64,000 nucleotides of DNA, taken from contig JAJZQN010000019.1 of NCBI GenBank assembly GCA_021847605.1, positions 485 to 64,484 of the forward strand, read 5' to 3'. Every line of letters starts with the position of its first letter. Within the stretch, counting starts at the first letter, position 1. The DNA is from Pseudomonadota bacterium (GTDB lineage: Bacteria > Pseudomonadota > Alphaproteobacteria > Sphingomonadales > Sphingomonadaceae). Shown piece after piece: positions 29,538-38,425 of this stretch. The notes beneath the pieces were generated by a model. That model saw only the letters and a program-made list of their open reading frames with translations, was not told the origin of the DNA and did not search any database. The position numbers and the translations under genes are program-made.

Positions 29538-31306
29538 CGATCTTTGGCGGCCGAGGCTGGCTGTTCGCAGGCGCGGCCTTCATCAGTCTGGCGGCGCCCC
29601 AGGCGCAGGCTCAATCCGCAGCGCAAACCGCTGATCAAGCGTTCGAGACGATCTATTCCTCCGAATATGACTGGCGACAGAAGCAGTTCGGGCCGAGCGA
29701 GGATGGACCGAAGGATCAGGCGCTGGTGCTGCCCGATGTGAGCGCCAAGGCGCAGGCGGCGCGGCTGGCGCGGTGGGAGCAGGTGGAAAAGCAACTGGCG
29801 ACGATCAAGGTCGATCAATTGTCGCCCGCGCAGAAGATCAATTTCGCCGTCTACAAGGGCCAGATCGACGCGCTGGTCGCCGAGCAGCGCTATCATGAAT
29901 ATGAGAAGCCGCTGAACGCCGACACCAGTTTCTGGGGCGACCTGGCCGGGTGGGCGCGCGAGCCGCTGCGCGACGAGGCCGGCGCGCGGCGCTATATCGC
30001 GATGCTGCGGGACATTCCGCGTTACTATGGCGAGCAGATTGCGAACATGCGCAGCGGTCTGAAGCGCGGTTTCACGCCCGCGCAGATCACGCTGCAGGGG
30101 CGCGACATTGGCGTCGAGCAGGTGGTGCAGGCGAAGGTCGTGGAAGAAAATCCCTTCTATGCGCCGTTCAAGACGCTGCCCGCGATCATCCCCGCCAATG
30201 TGCAGGCGCAGTTGCGCAGCGATGCGCAGGCGGCGATCGCGCAGGCGGTGGTGCCGGCGCACAAGACGCTGCTGATCTTCCTGCGGCAGGAGTATCTGCC
30301 GGGCGCGCGGAAGGATCTGGCCGCCTATACATTGCCCGACGGCAAAGCCTATTATCAGTCCAAGATCCGCGAGTTCGTGACGCTGGACAAAAGCCCGGAG
30401 CAGATTCACCAGATCGGCCTGACCGAGATGGCGCGCATCCGCAGCCAGATGGCGGAGGTGATGCAGCAGGTGGATTTCAAAGGCGACCTGCCGGCTTTCC
30501 TGACTTTCCTGCGGACCGATCCGCAATTCTACCCCAAGACGCCGCAGGATCTGCTCAATCGCGCGGCCTGGATCGCCAAGACGTTCGACGGGAAGGCGTC
30601 GCAATATTTCGGGCGGATGCCGCGCATGCGCTTTGCGATCAAGCCGATGCCCGATGACATCGCGCCCTTCTACACCGGCGGGCGCGGCGGGCCGGGCATC
30701 TATCTGGTCAACACCTATAATCTGCCGTCGCGCCCCTATTATTCGCAAATCGCGCTGACGCTGCATGAAAGCGCGCCGGGCCATGCGATGCAGATGCCGC
30801 TGGCGGCGGAGAACAAGGATTTGCCGGCCTTCCGCCGGGACAGCTATCTGTCCGCCTATGGCGAGGGCTGGGCGCTTTATTGCGAAGCGCTGGGCGAGGA
30901 TATGGGCATGTATGAAACGCCCTATGATCGTTTCGGTATGCTGAGCTATCAGGCGTGGCGCGCGTCGCGGCTGGTGGTGGACACCGGCATCCATGCGATG
31001 GGATGGAGCCGGAAGCAGGCGCAGGATTATCTGCACGACAATACGGCGCTGTCGGACCATGAGATCGAGACGGAGGTGGACCGCTACATCGCCTGGCCGG
31101 GGCAGGCGCTGTCCTATTATATGGGCGAACTGGCTTTTGTGGATGCGCGCAAGAAAGCCGAGAAGGCGCTGGGACCGAAGTTCAATATTCGGGCCTTTCA
31201 TGATGCGGTGCTGGCGCTGGGCGCGGTGCCGCTGCCGCTGATCGACCAGCGCGTCGACCAGTTGATCGCCGAAGATGGCAAGGGGCCTTATCCCGATGAA
31301 GAATGA
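29534..31306 (+). CDS. DUF885-family protein (HExxGH metallopeptidase-like), secreted
   Basis: Signal peptide present. TLHESAPGHAMQ motif. The GTG start overlaps the upstream stop (GTGA). Confidence 0.7.
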   Translation: MTIFGGRGWLFAGAAFISLAAPQAQAQSAAQTADQAFETIYSSEYDWRQKQFGPSEDGPKDQALVLPDVSAKAQAARLARWEQVEKQLATIKVDQLSPAQKINFAVYKGQIDALVAEQRYHEYEKPLNADTSFWGDLAGWAREPLRDEAGARRYIAMLRDIPRYYGEQIANMRSGLKRGFTPAQITLQGRDIGVEQVVQAKVVEENPFYAPFKTLPAIIPANVQAQLRSDAQAAIAQAVVPAHKTLLIFLRQEYLPGARKDLAAYTLPDGKAYYQSKIREFVTLDKSPEQIHQIGLTEMARIRSQMAEVMQQVDFKGDLPAFLTFLRTDPQFYPKTPQDLLNRAAWIAKTFDGKASQYFGRMPRMRFAIKPMPDDIAPFYTGGRGGPGIYLVNTYNLPSRPYYSQIALTLHESAPGHAMQMPLAAENKDLPAFRRDSYLSAYGEGWALYCEALGEDMGMYETPYDRFGMLSYQAWRASRLVVDTGIHAMGWSRKQAQDYLHDNTALSDHEIETEVDRYIAWPGQALSYYMGELAFVDARKKAEKALGPKFNIRAFHDAVLALGAVPLPLIDQRVDQLIAEDGKGPYPDEE

Positions 31307-32855
31307 ACTGCTTGCCGGCATCGCCTTGGTTCTGGCCGTCGCGCCGGCTGTTGCGCAGGAGGCGCGCCAGATCAGCGTGCCGGGCAATCCGATTTTGGCC
31401 GATGGCGATTATTATTCGACCGATCCCGCGCCCTTCGTGGCGGACGGGGCGCTATGGATACTCGCCGGGCGTGATCAGGCGCCGCCCGACGTCAATGATT
31501 TCATCATGGGCGAATGGCAGCTGTTGAAGACGGACGATCCCAAAACAGGAAAATGGACGCACTATCCCGCCATCGCCAAGCCGGAAAATGTCTTCGCCTG
31601 GGCGGAGGAAGCACGGGCCTATGCCGGGCAGATCATCCAGGGACCGGACAAGCGCTATTATTTCTATGCGCCGGTGCTGGAGAAAGACAGCGATGCGCAG
31701 GATCGCTTCGCCATTGGCGTGGCGGTGGCGGATAGCCCGACCGGACCGTGGCGCGATGCGCATCCGGCAGGGCCGATCATTTCGCAGCGAGTTCCGGTGA
31801 AGAATGATATCCAGAATATCGACCCCACCATCCTGATCGACGATGACGGACGGGTCTATCTTTACTGGGGGACGTTCGGCCAGTTGCGCGGCATGGAGCT
31901 GGAGCGCGACATGGTGACGCCCAAGGGACCGGAGCGCAGCATCGAGGGGCTGACCGGATTTTTCGAGGCGCCCTGGATCATGAAGCGCAAGGGCGTCTAT
32001 TATATGCTCTATGCGGGGAACAGGGCCGGGCCGAAATCCGACTGTACCCCGGCGGTCTATCATGCCTGCATCGCCTATGGCACGGCCCGTTCGCCCATGG
32101 GACCATGGACCTATGCCGGGGTGGCGCTGAAGCCGGTGTCGTCGACCACGTCCCATTCGGGCGCGGTCGAGTTTAAGGGGCAATGGTATCTGGCCTATCA
32201 TACGGCGGACGCGCAGGGCGGCGGGCATTTCCGGCGCAGCGTGGCGATCGACAAGATGGAGTGGGATGACAGCGTGACGCCGGCGCGCATCCGGACCGTC
32301 GTGCCGACGCGGCAGCCGCAACCGCCGCTGGCCCCGACGCGCAACATAGCGCGGGCAGCGTCTGCTACGGCATCCAACGAGCCGCTGCCGGTGCAATATT
32401 GGATCAAGTCGCTGAACGACGGGATCATCAAGGCTGCTCCCTTGCCGCCCGACATGTGGGGCAGCTGGTCGCCGAACAATCCGGCGAGCCAGTGGATCGA
32501 ATATCGCTGGAACAAGCCAGTGACGATCGACGGATCGCGCATCTGGTTCTGGAATGATCAGCCGGCCGGATCAGCTGTGGGCGTTGCGCCGCCGGCGAGA
32601 TGGCGTCTGGAATATTGGAATCAGGGCTGGAAGCCGGTGCCGGGCGCGAGCGCCTATGGCACGGAGCCGGGCGCGTTTCAGGATGTGGCCTTCCCGCCGA
32701 TCCGCACCCGTTGCCTGCGCGCGGTGATGACGGCGTCGGGCGATGAAAAGGGGCATGCGGGCCTGGCCGTGCAGGAATGGGAAGTGCTGGCGCCAAAGGC
32801 GGCCGCGCCAATGCTGCGCGCTGCCGAAGCGAAGCCAGCGGCCGGATGCGGTTGA
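31296..32855 (+). CDS. GH43 glycoside hydrolase with C-terminal discoidin/F5-8-type-C-like carbohydrate-binding domain
   Basis: GH43 catalytic context (STDPAPF, NIDPT, FEAPW). The C-terminal about 150 aa resemble a CBM32/F5-8-C domain. Signal peptide starts from the ATG at 31296. Confidence 0.8.
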   Translation: MKNELLAGIALVLAVAPAVAQEARQISVPGNPILADGDYYSTDPAPFVADGALWILAGRDQAPPDVNDFIMGEWQLLKTDDPKTGKWTHYPAIAKPENVFAWAEEARAYAGQIIQGPDKRYYFYAPVLEKDSDAQDRFAIGVAVADSPTGPWRDAHPAGPIISQRVPVKNDIQNIDPTILIDDDGRVYLYWGTFGQLRGMELERDMVTPKGPERSIEGLTGFFEAPWIMKRKGVYYMLYAGNRAGPKSDCTPAVYHACIAYGTARSPMGPWTYAGVALKPVSSTTSHSGAVEFKGQWYLAYHTADAQGGGHFRRSVAIDKMEWDDSVTPARIRTVVPTRQPQPPLAPTRNIARAASATASNEPLPVQYWIKSLNDGIIKAAPLPPDMWGSWSPNNPASQWIEYRWNKPVTIDGSRIWFWNDQPAGSAVGVAPPARWRLEYWNQGWKPVPGASAYGTEPGAFQDVAFPPIRTRCLRAVMTASGDEKGHAGLAVQEWEVLAPKAAAPMLRAAEAKPAAGCG

Positions 32856-32887
32856 GACAACGACGTAGACACTATGCGCGAAGTCGA

Positions 32888-32918
32888 GGGGCGTGGCCGG
32901 TGGCCGCGCCCCTTTCTT
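32888..32918 (+). terminator. Rho-independent terminator
   Basis: GGGGCG-tggccggtggccg-CGCCCC followed by TTTCTT. It lies 33 nt after the GH43 stop. Confidence 0.65.
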
Positions 32919-33010
32919 ATTATATTTCATCGTCTTGTGACATTTTCGATCGCCTGTGACGGGTTTGTTGCGGGAAAATTGCAATCCGCTTGACTCCGAC
33001 AAAATAATGT

Positions 33011-33026
33011 AGTTGGTATACGATAT
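33011..33026. promoter_or_regulatory. Operator-like site AGTTGGTATACGATAT (13/16)
   Basis: Lies 37 nt upstream of the TonB-receptor start. A TTGACT -35-like hexamer sits about 17-19 nt upstream, so the site would overlap a -10 region. Confidence 0.6.
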
Positions 33027-33062
33027 AAATTAGGGGCGTTAAGCTGAACAAGGGGAAGTCGG

Positions 33063-35798
33063 ATGAAGTCACGTGCGGTTCTGAACATAACGGCGGCTTG
33101 GTCCGTCCTTGCTCTCGCCTCCCTGCCGGGCATTGCCCATGCGCAGGAAGCGGCCGAAACCCCGGCCGTGGCGGAGGGCGCAAAGCCCGATATCATCGTG
33201 ACCGGCGTGCGCGGCAGCGTGCAGGCGGCGGCTACCAAGAAAAAGAACAGCAAGCAGATCGTGGATTCGGTCGTGGCTGAAGACGCCGGCAAATTGCCGG
33301 ACAATAATGTTCCCGAAGCATTGTCCCGCGTGACCGGCGTGCAGATCAGCCGCGAACGCGGTCAGGGGCAGAGCATCAACATTCGCGGCCTTAGCCAGGT
33401 GCAGACCACGGTCAACGGCAACAACGTCAATCTGGGCACCGACCGGTCGATCAGCCTGGCCGACATTCCCGCCGAATTGCTGAAGTCGGTCGATGTCTAC
33501 AAGACGCGCACCGCCGATCAGGTGGAAGGCGGCATCGCCGGCACCGTCAACGTCGAACTGCGCCGTCCGCTGGACCTGAAAAAGGGCCTGACCGTCGCGG
33601 GCAGCGTGCGTGGCGCCTATGACGAGTTTGCGGAGAAGACCAGCCCCTATGCCAGCCTGTTGCTGGGCGAACGGTTCGACACCGGCATCGGCGAAATGGG
33701 CTTTCTGCTCAACGGCAGCTGGACCAAGACCTATTATCAGGAAAATTATGTCGAGAGCGAGTCGCCCGACACCGTCTGCTGCGAAGGCGACGCGAACAGC
33801 CCGCTCAACAATGTGCCGGCGCAATATCGCAATGTCGTGATCCCCTATCGCACCCAATATGGCACCGAAAGCGGCTATGTGACGCGCCCGTCGCTGAGCG
33901 GCGTGTTCCAGTGGAAACCCTCCGACAAATTGGAGTTCATTCTGGAAGGCAGCTATATCGGGTCGAAGGAGCGTCGCTCCATCGACAAGATGTGGACGCT
34001 CAACCGCGAATGGAACACCCAGTTCAGCGGCATCGAACTGATGCCCGACGGTCAGACGATCAAGAAGCTGACCATTTCCAACCCGAACGGCGTGCCGGCC
34101 TATATCGAGGGGACGTACAATACGCTGAAGCGGGACCTGTACACCACCAATTTCGAAACCAACTGGCGCCCGAGCGACCGCGCGCTGCTGCATTTCAGCA
34201 CGCAATATAGCTGGTCCAAGGACAGCTATTATTATGTGCAGCAAATCCTGCGGCCCTATAACCTCCAGTCGGCGACGATCGATTTCGTGTCGGACGCCTA
34301 TTCGCGCCCGATCCCGTCGATCAGCTTCAACGGCGTCGACCTGAATGACGTCACCCAATATGGCGTCAACCGTTTTCAGGATAATGCCGGCATTTCCAAG
34401 AATAAGGAATTTGCCAGCCAGTTGGACCTGACGCTGGAGTTGAGTGACAAGAGCCTGCTGCGGTCGTTCCAGACCGGCATTCGCTACAACCGCCGCGATG
34501 TCGATCGTTACTATGGCTATCGTGACGGCTTCCCCCGCGTGAATGGCGTGGATGCGCCGCTGACCGCCTTCCCCGGCGGTGATCAGGCGTCGCTGATCGG
34601 GCCGGATCTGGCGGGATCGCCGCAATGGTATCGCATCCCCGGCAAGGCGCTGCTGGACAGCATCGATGCGGTGCGCGCCTATATCCAGGCGACTGATCCG
34701 GGCAATGCCGTCCGCTTCTCCAGCGAATTGCCGCCCAGCGATCAGGGCCAGACCTTCACATCGGTTGAAAACACCTTCGCGGCCTATGCGCAGATCAACT
34801 ATGGTTTCGACGTCGGCTTCCCGGTCGACGGCGTGGTCGGCCTGCGCGCGGTCAACACCTGGGGCAGCTCGACCAGCTTCCAATATCGCATCGGTGCGGC
34901 GGCGGACGGCTATCCGCTGATCATCGAGGAAAGCTCGGGTCGTGGCAACTTCATGGATTATCTACCCAGCGTTACCGCAACGCTGCATTTCGATCCCAAG
35001 ACGCAGTTGCGCCTGTCCTACACCACCAACGTCTCGCGCCCCAGCTTCTATGACCTGCGGCCTTTCTTCTTCGTCGATCCCAATGCGGCCAATCCGCGCG
35101 TCGACGCCGGCAACCCGGACCTGAAGGCGCAGCGCGAATGGTCGATCGACGCGAGCCTGGAACATTATTTCGGTCGCGCCGGTTCGGCATCGGTCGCGGG
35201 CTATTATAAGAAGGCGACCAACTGGACCTATTATAGCAACGAGATCGTCGGCGATCTGGCGGAATATGGTCTGCCCGGCCGCAGCGGTTCGGTGGCGCAG
35301 CTGCGCAATGCGGGCGATGGCGAATTTTACGGCGTCGAAGCGCAGGTTCAGAGCTTCTTCGACTTCCTGCCGGGCTTCTGGAAGAATTTCGGCGCCAGCC
35401 TGAACGTGACCCGCATTTTGCAGGCGCGCGTCGAATATCCCTATCCCGAGGATTTCCCCGGTGCGTTCGATTCGGTCGATACGTCGAAATGGACCGCCAA
35501 CGCGGCGCTCTATTATGACACGCCCAAGTTCAGCACGCGCGTCGCCTTCAACTATCGTTCGCCCTATCGCCTGTTCGTGTGGACCGACAATCCCGCCTAT
35601 AGCTGGTATAACGACACCACCTATCGTCTGGACGCGGCGGTCAACTATACGCCGGTCAAGTTCATGACGCTGTCGATCGAAGGCACCAACCTGACCGGAA
35701 ACGACCCCTATCGTTACTTCGGCAAGGAAAATATCCTGCCGCTGGGCGTGCGCACCATGGCGCGCACTGTGCAGGGCAGCGTCCGCTTCCGCTTCTGA
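33063..35798 (+). CDS. TonB-dependent receptor
   Basis: 911 aa with a signal peptide. Plug motifs (IIVTGVRGS..., DAGKLPDNNVPEALSRVTGVQISR, IRGLSQ) and a C-terminal barrel ending in RF. Confidence 0.9.
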   Translation: MKSRAVLNITAAWSVLALASLPGIAHAQEAAETPAVAEGAKPDIIVTGVRGSVQAAATKKKNSKQIVDSVVAEDAGKLPDNNVPEALSRVTGVQISRERGQGQSINIRGLSQVQTTVNGNNVNLGTDRSISLADIPAELLKSVDVYKTRTADQVEGGIAGTVNVELRRPLDLKKGLTVAGSVRGAYDEFAEKTSPYASLLLGERFDTGIGEMGFLLNGSWTKTYYQENYVESESPDTVCCEGDANSPLNNVPAQYRNVVIPYRTQYGTESGYVTRPSLSGVFQWKPSDKLEFILEGSYIGSKERRSIDKMWTLNREWNTQFSGIELMPDGQTIKKLTISNPNGVPAYIEGTYNTLKRDLYTTNFETNWRPSDRALLHFSTQYSWSKDSYYYVQQILRPYNLQSATIDFVSDAYSRPIPSISFNGVDLNDVTQYGVNRFQDNAGISKNKEFASQLDLTLELSDKSLLRSFQTGIRYNRRDVDRYYGYRDGFPRVNGVDAPLTAFPGGDQASLIGPDLAGSPQWYRIPGKALLDSIDAVRAYIQATDPGNAVRFSSELPPSDQGQTFTSVENTFAAYAQINYGFDVGFPVDGVVGLRAVNTWGSSTSFQYRIGAAADGYPLIIEESSGRGNFMDYLPSVTATLHFDPKTQLRLSYTTNVSRPSFYDLRPFFFVDPNAANPRVDAGNPDLKAQREWSIDASLEHYFGRAGSASVAGYYKKATNWTYYSNEIVGDLAEYGLPGRSGSVAQLRNAGDGEFYGVEAQVQSFFDFLPGFWKNFGASLNVTRILQARVEYPYPEDFPGAFDSVDTSKWTANAALYYDTPKFSTRVAFNYRSPYRLFVWTDNPAYSWYNDTTYRLDAAVNYTPVKFMTLSIEGTNLTGNDPYRYFGKENILPLGVRTMARTVQGSVRFRF

Positions 35799-35823
35799 TC
35801 GGGGTGAGGGGGTAGCAGGCAAA

Positions 35824-35864
35824 GCGGTCGTGGCGAAATTCCGTCACGGCCGCTTTTCCTTTTT
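35824..35864 (+). terminator. Hairpin plus T-tract between the receptor and the lectin-like genes
   Basis: GCGGTCGTG...CACGGCCGC (one G-T pair) followed by TTTTCCTTTTT. The next start codon is 13 nt downstream. Confidence 0.55.
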
Positions 35865-35876
35865 GGGGGGCAGAGC

Positions 35877-36446
35877 ATGTATAAGGTCGCGACCATGATG
35901 AGTCTCGCCGCGCTGGCGGTGGGACAGGCGCAGGCGAAGGAGGTGACGGTCACTGTGCCGGCCACCGCCATGCCATGGAATCCCGGCGTCAATGGCAAAA
36001 AGAGTTTCGGCCGGCGTGATGGCGGCCGGCCGGTGATGATTGCCGGTCAGCATCTGTTCGAAGGCGCGAAGGTCCGTTTTGTCGCATCGGGAGAGACGAC
36101 GACCATCCCCGGAGGCATTGCGATTGGCCCGGACGGGCAGGCGGATTTCGTGGCGGACGACGCTATCGGCAATTCGGGTCTCGTCTTTCCGGCCCATTAT
36201 GTCGATCAGGCGACGCGGCCGGTGAAGCTGAATGCGTTGATCGGCGCGTTCATCGATGCGGACGGACGGGTCGTGGGCGCGCCCTTTCTGATCGGGCGCG
36301 GAGCGACCGTGCGCGTGCCGGCCGGCGCGATGGGCCTGTCGCTGGGCATCAATGACGACATTTACGCCGACAATGGGGGCAGCCTGTCCGTGAACGTCGA
36401 TATTCCCGAAGCCAGTGTGACCGTGGAAGAGAAGGAGGGGCAATGA
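35877..36446 (+). CDS. Secreted PA-IL/LecA-like lectin-domain protein (paralog 1)
   Basis: Signal peptide present. The C-terminal block NALIGAFIDADGRVVGAPFLIGRGATVRVPAGAMGLSLGINDDIYADNGGSLSVNV parallels LecA (GALVMKIGNSG..., [20 protein letters not shown]). Confidence 0.55.
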   Translation: MYKVATMMSLAALAVGQAQAKEVTVTVPATAMPWNPGVNGKKSFGRRDGGRPVMIAGQHLFEGAKVRFVASGETTTIPGGIAIGPDGQADFVADDAIGNSGLVFPAHYVDQATRPVKLNALIGAFIDADGRVVGAPFLIGRGATVRVPAGAMGLSLGINDDIYADNGGSLSVNVDIPEASVTVEEKEGQ

Positions 36447-36982
36447 TGCGGGGAATTATGTGCGCCGCAATTCTGCTGGCGTCGGCCGCGCCGGCGATGG
36501 CGCGCGATATCAGCGTCAGCATTGATGCGCGATCCGGCCCATGGCTGAACAAGGCCAACAAGAAAATGCGCTATGGCAAGGGGGACGAATTGCCGCCCGC
36601 CATGGTCAGCGGCTTTGTCAACGACACGGCCGAGAAGATAGCGATCCTGGTTGCGGACGGCGCGACGACGCAAGTCGACGGTCAGGATGTTGGACCGGAA
36701 GGGCTGGAGGGGCAGGCCGTCGATGACCAGCCGGGCGATGGCGGCAAATATTATCCCAGCCTCTATGCGCCCAAAATCCTCTACCCCAATCAACGCCATG
36801 CGCTGATCGCGGCCTTTGTCGATGCGAAGGGTATATTGATGGGGCGGCCCTTTGCGGTGGGGAAGGGCGCGCGCGTGACCATCCCAGATCAGGCGGCAGG
36901 GTTGGTGATGGGTTTCAATGACGTCAGCTTTGCGGGCAATGCCGGGGCGCTGAACGTCACCGTGACCGTGCCGGATGAATGA
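36443..36982 (+). CDS. Secreted PA-IL/LecA-like lectin-domain protein (paralog 2)
   Basis: Signal peptide present. HALIAAFVDAKGILMGRPFAVGKGARVTIPDQAAGLVMGFNDVSFAGNAGALNVTV aligns with paralog 1. The start overlaps the upstream stop (ATGA). Confidence 0.55.
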   Translation: MMRGIMCAAILLASAAPAMARDISVSIDARSGPWLNKANKKMRYGKGDELPPAMVSGFVNDTAEKIAILVADGATTQVDGQDVGPEGLEGQAVDDQPGDGGKYYPSLYAPKILYPNQRHALIAAFVDAKGILMGRPFAVGKGARVTIPDQAAGLVMGFNDVSFAGNAGALNVTVTVPDE

Positions 36983-37012
36983 GTGATTATCCCATTGCGC
37001 GTGGAGGATGTC

Positions 37013-37411
37013 ATGATGTGCCGGCGAACCCTGTCCGTCCTGATGATGAGTGTCGGCCTGTTGGCCGCGTCGGCCGCCGCCGCGCGAACACCGGCTGTCG
37101 AGCGGCGCTGCGTCGTGCAAAGCCGTGTCGCCGCGCCGGTGGTGCGGGACGATGGCCGACTCTATTTCCGGGGACTTACCGACGCGAAGCAATCCTATAT
37201 CGCCATATTTAAAGGCGGAAGCTGCCCCGGCCTGAACGCCTTTGCGACCGCGAGGGTGGAAACGACGGGGGCGGGCTATTGCGAAGGCGACAAGGTGCGC
37301 GCGCTGGCGGCGCCCGGCCAGATTCCCGGACTGTTATGCGTCATCGACCATCTGATGCCCTTTGCCGGCGACATCGACGATCCGGTCCCCGATGAGAGCG
37401 GTAACAAATGA
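37013..37411 (+). CDS. small secreted Cys-containing hypothetical protein
   Basis: ATG at 37013 lies after ggagga. Signal peptide (LLAASAAAART). 132 aa. Confidence 0.45.
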   Translation: MMCRRTLSVLMMSVGLLAASAAAARTPAVERRCVVQSRVAAPVVRDDGRLYFRGLTDAKQSYIAIFKGGSCPGLNAFATARVETTGAGYCEGDKVRALAAPGQIPGLLCVIDHLMPFAGDIDDPVPDESGNK

Positions 37412-37450
37412 TTGCCGCACTGCAAAATATCCGTTGCAGCCCCTAACCTA

Positions 37451-37466
37451 ATATCGTATACGATAT
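37451..37466. promoter_or_regulatory. Perfect 16-bp palindrome ATATCGTATACGATAT (operator consensus)
   Basis: Lies 33 nt upstream of the DHDPS-like gene, in an AT-rich stretch. Confidence 0.7.
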
Positions 37467-37498
37467 TTATATCAGCAGAAAAGGCAGGAAGAACGAAT

Positions 37499-38413
37499 AT
37501 GGCAATTGGTTGGAAGGGCGTGTTCCCGGCGGTGACGACGCAGCTGCGCGAGGATCTGTCGATCGACCTCGCCGATACGCAGCGCGTCGTTGACGATCTG
37601 GTCAAGGACGGTGTGACCGGCGTCATTGCCCTGGGTACGGTGGGTGAGAATAACTCGCTGGACTATGACGAGAAGGTGTCGGTCCTGTCGGCCATCGTGG
37701 AAGTGGTGGACGGCCGCGTGCCGGTGATTACCGGCGTGTCGGAATATGACACCCGCCGCGCGGTGCGCTATGCGCAGGCCGCCGAAAAGGCTGGCGCGGA
37801 CGGGCTGATGCTGTTGCCGCCGATGGTCTATGTCACCAAGCCGCATGAACTGGTCAATCATTTCAAGGGTGTGGCCGACCAGACCGGCCTGCCGATCATG
37901 CTGTACAACAACCCGCCGGCCTATCGCACGGTGATCGACCAGGAGGTTCTGACCGCCCTGATCGACGTCAAGAATATCGTCGCGGTCAAGGAATCGGCGC
38001 CCGACACCCGTCGCTTCACCGATTTCCGCAACGCCTTTGGCGATCGCTACACGCTGTTCGCGGGGCTGGACGATGTCGCGCTGGAAGGGCTGTATCTGGG
38101 CGCGCAGGGCTGGGTGTCGGGCCTGACCAACGCCTTCCCCAAGGAATCGGTGGAACTGGTCCGCGCATTTGAGCGGGGCGACCATGCCAAGGCGATGGAA
38201 ATTTATCGCTGGTTCATGCCGCTGCTGCATCTGGATGCCGAACATGATCTGGTCCAGTCGATCAAGCTGGCCGAGCAGGTCATGGGCCGTGGGTCCGAGC
38301 GGGTGCTGCCGCCGCGCTATGTGCTGCAGGGCGAGCGCCGCGCCGAAGTGATCGCGATGGTCGAAAAGGCCGCTGCGACCCGGCCGGACCTGTCGATCGC
38401 GGCTGCGGCCTGA
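37499..38413 (+). CDS. DapA/DHDPS-family lyase (candidate pyrroline-4-hydroxy-2-carboxylate deaminase)
   Basis: 304 aa. Motifs GVIALGTVGE and IVAVKES (Schiff-base Lys context). Sits next to the epimerase gene. Confidence 0.8.
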   Translation: MAIGWKGVFPAVTTQLREDLSIDLADTQRVVDDLVKDGVTGVIALGTVGENNSLDYDEKVSVLSAIVEVVDGRVPVITGVSEYDTRRAVRYAQAAEKAGADGLMLLPPMVYVTKPHELVNHFKGVADQTGLPIMLYNNPPAYRTVIDQEVLTALIDVKNIVAVKESAPDTRRFTDFRNAFGDRYTLFAGLDDVALEGLYLGAQGWVSGLTNAFPKESVELVRAFERGDHAKAMEIYRWFMPLLHLDAEHDLVQSIKLAEQVMGRGSERVLPPRYVLQGERRAEVIAMVEKAAATRPDLSIAAAA

Positions 38414-38425
38414 TACAGGGTGGCG

